From positions 14,122 through 78,121 of the forward strand of contig JAZSOL010000041.1 in the NCBI GenBank assembly GCA_045536915.1: 64,000 bases of DNA, given 5' to 3'. Each line of letters starts with the position of its first letter. Position 1 is the stretch's first letter. Position numbers and translations under genes: made by a program. Shown piece by piece: positions 58,350 through 64,000 of the stretch. The notes beneath the pieces were generated by a model. That model saw only the letters and a list, made by a program, of their open reading frames with translations, did no database searches and was not told the DNA's origin. The stretch is from Clostridia bacterium (GTDB taxonomy: Bacteria; Bacillota; Clostridia; UMGS1810).

Positions 58350-59276
58350 TTAAAATAAATCCGTTGAAAGATATCTGTCGCCTGTATCCGGAAGTATAAC
58401 CGCAATGGTTTTACCTAAATTTTCTGCTCTTTTAGAAAGCTCAACAGCGGCATAAAGAGCAGCACCTGATGAAATACCGACCATAATACCTTCTTTTGAG
58501 CATACATTTCTTGCCATCAGATATGCATCTTCCGCTGACGAAGTGATTATTTCATCTATCAAAGCTGTGTTGAGCACATCAGGAATAAACCCTGCTCCGA
58601 TACCCTGTATTTTATGAGGTCCGCTTTTGCCGCCGGAAAGAACCGGAGAATCCGTTGGCTCCACACCAACAACATATATGCCGGAATTCTGAGATTTCAA
58701 ATACTTTGCAGTTCCCGTTATTGTTCCGCCTGTTCCAACTGCTGCAACCAGAATATCAACTTCTCCGTCGGTATCGGAATATATTTCGGGTCCTGTGGTT
58801 TTAAAATGCGCATCGGGATTTGCAGGATTAACAAATTGCCCGGCAATAAAACTATTGGGATATTCTTTGGAAAGTTCTTCCGCCTTTTTTATTGCACCGC
58901 TCATTCCTAAGCTTCCGTCACTCAAAACAACCTCTGCACCGTAGGCTTTCATAATTTTAATCCTCTCAACGCTCATTGTATCGGGCATAACAATAACAAC
59001 CCTGTAGCCTCTTGAAGCCGCAACAGAGGCAAGACCTATGCCTGTGTTTCCCGAGGTTGGTTCAATTATAACCGTGTTGGGCGTGAGAGTACCGTCTGAT
59101 TCTGCGCGGTTGAGCATTTCCATTGCAACTCTGTCTTTAACTGAACCTGCCGGATTCAGATATTCCAGCTTTGCAAGAATTTTTGCTTTGGATTCATACA
59201 TTTTTTCTATATTATTAAGCCTCAGAAGAGGTGTTTTTCCAATCAGTTCATCAACAGAATTATAATATTTCATCAT
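58350..59276 (-). CDS. cysK: Cysteine synthase A (O-acetylserine sulfhydrylase)
   Basis: The PLP lysine motif is NPAGSVKDR; SGNTGIGLA and GTGGTITG loops are present. The start is ATG 59276; the ORF is open to 59360. Confidence 0.92.
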   Translation of the reverse strand: MMKYYNSVDELIGKTPLLRLNNIEKMYESKAKILAKLEYLNPAGSVKDRVAMEMLNRAESDGTLTPNTVIIEPTSGNTGIGLASVAASRGYRVVIVMPDTMSVERIKIMKAYGAEVVLSDGSLGMSGAIKKAEELSKEYPNSFIAGQFVNPANPDAHFKTTGPEIYSDTDGEVDILVAAVGTGGTITGTAKYLKSQNSGIYVVGVEPTDSPVLSGGKSGPHKIQGIGAGFIPDVLNTALIDEIITSSAEDAYLMARNVCSKEGIMVGISSGAALYAAVELSKRAENLGKTIAVILPDTGDRYLSTDLF

Positions 59277-59304
59277 AAACCATTCCTTTATTATTAATAA
59301 AATG

Positions 59305-59333
59305 ATTATATTACTAAATAGCCGATTTGTCAA
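59305..59333 (-). promoter_or_regulatory. Consensus sigma-A promoter of cysK
   Basis: On the - strand, TTGACA (59333-59328) is followed by a 17-nt spacer and TATAAT (59310-59305). The leader is short, about 25 nt, with no room for a T-box or S-box. Confidence 0.7.
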
Positions 59334-59345
59334 ATTATATTTTAT

Positions 59346-59378
59346 GAAAATAAAAACCATCCAAACGGATGGTTTTTA
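59346..59378 (-). terminator. Rho-independent terminator after the RpiB-like gene
   Basis: Stem aaccatcc / ggatggtt with loop aaac is flanked by T/A runs on both sides. Confidence 0.75.
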
Positions 59379-59387
59379 TCGGTTATA

Positions 59388-60026
59388 TCAGTTAAGAATT
59401 GATTTGATATATTCTGCTATTTCAGCATCTTTGCAGCTTTCAAAGAAATATTCTTTGAATTTTTCGCCTGAAACTGCACCTTTGAGAAGTTCCTGGTCAA
59501 GATTTTTGAGAATTGTCATCATATCATTATGAGTAACTTTCTTCACTTCATTGAGAATTCTTGCATTTCTCTGCTCCGGAACAGCTCTTTCCTTAGGATA
59601 TCCGCCGCCCCACTCTTCAACAAAAAGTTTTTCAAAAACATACTGAAGATTGAGTTCAGCACCCCAACCCCAACCTTTTGCAAAAGGAAGAGCAATGGCG
59701 TTGCCGTTATTTACCTGCGTGAACTGATAAGCATCTGTGGGGTCAACAACATGACCGCAAAGAACTCCCGGGAATGAGTTGCAGGCAAGCATTGCGCCCT
59801 CACCGGTTCCGCACCCTGTGATAACGAGGTCACAAGCTTTGGAGTTGAGAAGAATTGCAGAGAGAATACCAATCTGAACATATGTAAGCTGGTTTTCATC
59901 TTCAGCGGAATACATTCCGTAGTTAACAACTTCGTGGCCGAGAGGTTCAACTACCTTTCTGAGAGTTTCTTCGATAATTGGATTTTTTGCAGCCTGGCTG
60001 TTTTCGTTGATTAAAGCAATTTTCAT
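59388..60026 (-). CDS. RpiB/LacA/LacB-family sugar-phosphate isomerase (long, 212-aa form)
   Basis: The core LVITGCGTGEGAMLACNSFPGVLCGHV resembles the RpiB active-site region. A C-terminal extension of about 60 aa is present. Confidence 0.7.
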   Translation of the reverse strand: MKIALINENSQAAKNPIIEETLRKVVEPLGHEVVNYGMYSAEDENQLTYVQIGILSAILLNSKACDLVITGCGTGEGAMLACNSFPGVLCGHVVDPTDAYQFTQVNNGNAIALPFAKGWGWGAELNLQYVFEKLFVEEWGGGYPKERAVPEQRNARILNEVKKVTHNDMMTILKNLDQELLKGAVSGEKFKEYFFESCKDAEIAEYIKSILN

Positions 60027-60061
60027 TTTAATCTACCTCTTTCATAGTTTGTTATAATTTA

Positions 60062-61057
60062 TTAAATAAATGGTCTTCTGTCAAGAACAATCTTGAGAGG
60101 AACATCTGTTTCTATTTCACCGGGGAGCGCCGCCTGAAGCTCAGCCAGACAACATACCATCCCAAAGAGCATATGCAAATCGTTGGCACCGTCATCTTTT
60201 TCCCAATCAACACCGTTAAGATATTCAATATATTCGTTGGCAAATTTTCTGAGTTCTTCTTTTGCCTCGTAGAAACGGTGCGGTGTCTGCCGTGTTGCGC
60301 GGTTGAGGCTGTATACCCAGTCAACCTCAATGAAATTAAACTGATGCGCAAAATTGGGCATATTATCACCCGTACGATACATATCGATGCAGGTGTCGAT
60401 GAGTTTATCCGGATACGGATGAGGCATTTTTGCATGCTCGTGATTAAACATATAATGGAAAGAACCTCCCAGATGTGAATACCTGCGCATGGTGCTTTTG
60501 TCGATATAATCTTTTCTCCAAAGTCCGCTTTTTGGATCACACTCATTTTTAAACCAGTCAAAATAAGCTTTTATCCATTCCCTGCTTGCATCGCCGGTAA
60601 TAACCAACGCCGCATAAATTCCTGCACCGCGATGAGAACACGGCCATGGGTCATTAACCCAGTCAACCTCTTCCAAAAGCTCATACAAACCTTCGACAGT
60701 CATATATTTTTCAAGAGCTTTAAACGGATATCGGGGTTTTTGATCGAAAAGTTCTATTGCAGCTGTACAATGCGCTGTTGTATGTATGAAATGATGCGTA
60801 GGTTCGCGGAAAAGACCTGTTTCTTTATCCTGCAAATCGCAAAGTGCATCAACCCATTTCTGACGTTCTTCGGGGTCAGACGGAAATTTACCTATTGTGT
60901 AAAGAATGTTGGCAACATCAGCACATCCATATTCATTAATTCCAAGATTTCTGTTGCCGTTTTTGTTTTGCCAGAGCCATCTTTTGTATTTTCCTATTTC
61001 AATTTCGTGGGATTTAACAATTTTCTCAACGTTTTCGATTATTTTAGTTATATTCAT
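60062..61057 (-). CDS. Hypothetical protein (331 aa, Trp/His-rich, no family recognised by eye)
   Basis: The ORF is intact, with RBS AGGAGAC and a strong upstream promoter. It is co-oriented with and 35 nt upstream of the RpiB-like gene. Repeated hydrophobic/aromatic helical segments suggest an alpha-helical repeat fold, but this is inference only. Confidence 0.6.
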   Translation of the reverse strand: MNITKIIENVEKIVKSHEIEIGKYKRWLWQNKNGNRNLGINEYGCADVANILYTIGKFPSDPEERQKWVDALCDLQDKETGLFREPTHHFIHTTAHCTAAIELFDQKPRYPFKALEKYMTVEGLYELLEEVDWVNDPWPCSHRGAGIYAALVITGDASREWIKAYFDWFKNECDPKSGLWRKDYIDKSTMRRYSHLGGSFHYMFNHEHAKMPHPYPDKLIDTCIDMYRTGDNMPNFAHQFNFIEVDWVYSLNRATRQTPHRFYEAKEELRKFANEYIEYLNGVDWEKDDGANDLHMLFGMVCCLAELQAALPGEIETDVPLKIVLDRRPFI

Positions 61058-61101
61058 ATTAGTCTCCTATTCATATGTTATGAACTTATATAACTAAAAA
61101 C

Positions 61102-61130
61102 ATTATAACAATTCCGCATACAAAAGTCAA
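61102..61130 (-). promoter_or_regulatory. Sigma-A promoter with an extended -10, for the hypothetical / RpiB-like operon
   Basis: On the - strand, TTGACT (61130-61125) is followed by a 17-nt spacer and TGtTATAAT (TATAAT at 61107-61102). Confidence 0.7.
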
Positions 61131-61203
61131 GGCTTAAATGCAAAAGTAAAAAAAACACCATAAATTCCCGAAAATTTTGTGCAACAGAAATCAACATAAA
61201 TTA

Positions 61204-61232
61204 TTGACAAATGGTGACAAATGGTTTATTAT
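61204..61232 (+). promoter_or_regulatory. Candidate sigma-A promoter of carAB, overlapping a tandem TGACAAATGG repeat
   Basis: TTGACA (61204-61209) is followed by a 17-nt spacer and TATTAT (61227-61232). TGACAAATGG occurs twice in tandem (61205-61224). Confidence 0.5.
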
Positions 61233-61346
61233 TATATAGATAAGTACAAGTCAGATATCTGATAGTGCGAAAACAGAGTTTTTAGCAGTGTCAGAATTTT
61301 GAAAACCTACGAATCACGAAAAATTTTACGAAAGGTGCTCAAAAAA

Positions 61347-62423
61347 ATGACAAATAAAATTTATTTGGTTCTTGAAAACGGAATGGTTTTCGAAGGCGAA
61401 AGTTTCGGCGCTCAGACCGAGGTTAAAGGTGAAGTTGTTTTCACAACCGCAATGACAGGATATAACGAAGCTGTTACCGATCCGAGTTTCTGCGGTCAGA
61501 TTGTTGTTCAGACTTTTCCTCTCGTTGGTGATTACGGTATTGTTTCTTCCGACTTTGAAAGCAATAAAACTTATGTTAAAGGTTATGTTGTAAGAGAGTG
61601 GTGTCAGTCTCCTTCAAATTTCAGATGTGAAGGTGATATTGACACTTTTTTTGAGTCAGAGGGCATTGTTGGTATATCAGGTATAGATACAAGAGAGCTG
61701 ACAAAGATAATCAGAGATGCAGGTACGATGAACGGTATTATAACATCAGACCCCGAAAACGTTGATTTTGATGAACTCAGGGCTTTCCGCTCTTCAAACC
61801 TTGTTGAAGAGGTTAGTACGAAAGAGGAATATTCGGTTAAACCGGATGGCAAGGCTGAGTATAATGTTGTTCTTCTCGACCTCGGTACCAAAAAATCAAT
61901 AATTGACGAACTGGTAAAAAGAGGCTGTGAAGTTACGGTTGTTCCCCACAATACAAAGGCTGAAAGAATTAAAGAAATTAATCCCGACGGATTTATTCTT
62001 TCAAGCGGCCCGGGAGACCCCGAAGATAATCAGAAAATAATAGCTGAGCTCAAAAATATATGCGATTTAAAAATCCCCACATTCGGAATATGCTTAGGGC
62101 ATATGCTCCTTGCTCTTTCGCAGGGCGGTAAGGCAAGAAAACTCAAATACGGACACCGCGGTGCAAATCAGCCCGCTCAGAATGTTGACACAGGCAGAAT
62201 CTATATTACAAGTCAGGGTCACGGATACGAAGTTGTTACAGAGTCTATGCCTGATTATATGAAAGTGAGCTACATAAACGTAAACGATAAAACCTGCGAA
62301 GGAATAAGATATGAAAACATTCCGGCATTCACTGTTCAGTTTCATCCCGAAGCTGCTGCCGGCCCTCTCGATACTAATTTTATATTCGACGAATTTATAG
62401 CACTTATGAAGGAGGAAAACTAA
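61347..62423 (+). CDS. carA: Carbamoyl-phosphate synthase small (glutaminase) subunit
   Basis: [16 protein letters not shown], the catalytic GICLGHM and the HPEA motif are present. The start is ATG 61347; the ORF is open from TTG 61299. Confidence 0.93.
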   Translation: MTNKIYLVLENGMVFEGESFGAQTEVKGEVVFTTAMTGYNEAVTDPSFCGQIVVQTFPLVGDYGIVSSDFESNKTYVKGYVVREWCQSPSNFRCEGDIDTFFESEGIVGISGIDTRELTKIIRDAGTMNGIITSDPENVDFDELRAFRSSNLVEEVSTKEEYSVKPDGKAEYNVVLLDLGTKKSIIDELVKRGCEVTVVPHNTKAERIKEINPDGFILSSGPGDPEDNQKIIAELKNICDLKIPTFGICLGHMLLALSQGGKARKLKYGHRGANQPAQNVDTGRIYITSQGHGYEVVTESMPDYMKVSYINVNDKTCEGIRYENIPAFTVQFHPEAAAGPLDTNFIFDEFIALMKEEN

Positions 62424-62424
62424 T

Positions 62425-64000
62425 ATGCCACTCAATAAAAGCCTGAAAAAAGTTATGGTTATAGGTTCAGGACCTATTGTTATCGGTCAGGCTGCTGAGT
62501 TTGACTATGCAGGAACTCAGGCATGCCGTGCACTCAAAGAAGCAGGACTTGAAGTTGTTCTCGTGAATTCAAACCCTGCAACAATTATGACCGACAATGC
62601 AATGGCAGACGAAATCTACCTTGAGCCTCTCGACCTCACAACGGTTAAACGAATCATTGAAAAAGAAAAACCGGATGCACTCCTTTCCACACTCGGCGGT
62701 CAGACCGGTCTCACTCTTTCAATGCAGTTGGCAAAAGAAGGATTCCTCGATAAACATAACGTTAAACTTCTGGGTGCAAATCCCGAAACAATAGATAAGG
62801 CCGAAGACAGACAGATGTTTAAAGACACAATGCTTTCTATCAATCAGCCTTGCATTCCTTCAACCGTTGTTACCACTCTTGAAGATGCCATAGCATTTGC
62901 CGATGAAAACGGCTATCCGGTTATCATTCGTCCGGCATTCACTCTCGGCGGTACAGGCGGAGGTATTGTTAAGAATCTTGAAGAAATGAAGGAGATTGCT
63001 TCAAACGGTCTTCACCTCTCTCCTATTCATCAGATACTCGTTGAAAAATGTGTATCCGGATGGAAAGAAATTGAATTTGAAGTTATCCGCGACAGCGTTG
63101 GTAACGTTATCACGGTTTGTTCGATGGAAAACGTTGACCCCGTTGGTATTCACACCGGCGACAGTATTGTTGTTGCTCCTGCGGTTACTCTTTCCGATAA
63201 GGAATATCAGATGCTCAGAAGCGCCGCAATCAACATTGTTTCTGCTTTGAAAGTTGAAGGCGGATGCAACTGTCAGTTTGCACTCAATCCCGAATCTTTT
63301 GAGTATGCGGTTATCGAGGTTAACCCCAGAGTATCGCGTTCATCTGCTCTTGCTTCAAAAGCAACCGGTTATCCCATTGCAAAGGTTGCAACCAAAATTG
63401 CAATAGGCTACACTCTCGATGAAATTAAAAACGATATCACAGGTATCACCTATGCGGCATTTGAACCAACAATAGATTACCTCGTTGTTAAATTCCCGAA
63501 ATGGCCTTTCGATAAATTCGTGTATGCCAACAAGAACCTCGGCACACAGATGAAAGCTACCGGTGAAGTTATGAGTATTGGTACAAGCTTCGAGCAGGCT
63601 ATTATGAAAGCTGTGCGCGGTGCTGAAATAAAACTCGATACACTGAACAACAAAGTTATTTCCGCTCTTTCCGACGAGGAACTGAGAGAAAGACTCCACA
63701 TCTGCGACGACAACAGACTCTTTGTTCTTTTTGAAGCTCTCAAACGCGGAATAACAATTGATGAAATCCACTCAATCACAATGGTTGACGAATGGTTCCT
63801 TTCAAAGCTTTTGAATCTTGCAAATTACGAAAAGGAAATTGCCCAAAATCCGCTTACCGATGAACTTTATCGCAAAGGTAAAGAATACGGTTACCCTGAT
63901 GCTGCAATTGAAAGAATCAGCGGAAATAAAATAGCAAACAAGATTTATCCGGTTTACAAAATGGTTGATACCTGCGCTGCAGAATTCAGTGCACAAACAC
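62425..64000 (+). CDS. carB: Carbamoyl-phosphate synthase large subunit, N-terminal part (3' end lies outside the window)
   Basis: ATG 62425 lies 8 nt after GGAGGA. My translation reads [57 protein letters not shown]. The frame appears to run to the window end, so it is absent from the ORF track. Confidence 0.92.
   Translation, partial: MPLNKSLKKVMVIGSGPIVIGQAAEFDYAGTQACRALKEAGLEVVLVNSNPATIMTDNAMADEIYLEPLDLTTVKRIIEKEKPDALLSTLGGQTGLTLSMQLAKEGFLDKHNVKLLGANPETIDKAEDRQMFKDTMLSINQPCIPSTVVTTLEDAIAFADENGYPVIIRPAFTLGGTGGGIVKNLEEMKEIASNGLHLSPIHQILVEKCVSGWKEIEFEVIRDSVGNVITVCSMENVDPVGIHTGDSIVVAPAVTLSDKEYQMLRSAAINIVSALKVEGGCNCQFALNPESFEYAVIEVNPRVSRSSALASKATGYPIAKVATKIAIGYTLDEIKNDITGITYAAFEPTIDYLVVKFPKWPFDKFVYANKNLGTQMKATGEVMSIGTSFEQAIMKAVRGAEIKLDTLNNKVISALSDEELRERLHICDDNRLFVLFEALKRGITIDEIHSITMVDEWFLSKLLNLANYEKEIAQNPLTDELYRKGKEYGYPDAAIERISGNKIANKIYPVYKMVDTCAAEFSAQT

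Overview
This 64-kb window looks like the core chromosome of a low-GC, spore-forming Clostridia-class Firmicute. It is densely packed with recognisable housekeeping genes. On the + strand: tsaD (partial), an SLH-domain wall protein, a DnaD/DnaI-type helicase-loader pair, ecfA1-ecfA2-ecfT-truA, cardiolipin synthase, type III glutamine synthetase, uppP, an amino-acid ABC transporter, lepA, sigH, rplM-rpsI and carA-carB (partial). On the - strand: tilS-hpt-ftsH, gdpP-rplI-dnaB, the complete spoIIIAA-AH operon followed by asp23-nusB-xseA-xseB-ispA-dxs-tlyA-radC, a galacturonate cluster (GH4-uxaB-uxaA-uxaC), ppa, mnmA and cysK. One tRNA-Ser(CGA) is present. I saw no CRISPR array, rRNA, IS element or prophage, and I cannot point to a clearly novel multi-gene system. 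Five things deserve a second look. (1) A roughly 620-bp ORF-free, GC-enriched, hairpin-rich spacer lies between the convergent rpsI and uxaC genes; it contains a perfect cre-type palindrome and an orphan bidirectional terminator. (2) A promoter-to-terminator unit of about 90 nt downstream of sigH could be a small RNA with a CCCUCC motif, or a 24-aa ORF on the other strand. (3) A three-gene operon encodes a HAD phosphatase plus two uncharacterised membrane proteins with mirrored zinc-ribbon architectures. (4) Three lesions sit in otherwise intact conserved genes: an in-frame TGA in uxaB, a 1-nt frameshift in tlyA, and a LepA P-loop that reads GKFI instead of GKST. (5) There are regulatory dyads and hairpins at glnN and in front of an Fe-ADH-family gene embedded in the ABC transporter operon. 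All calls come from reading the sequence and ORF translations by eye; no database searches were run.
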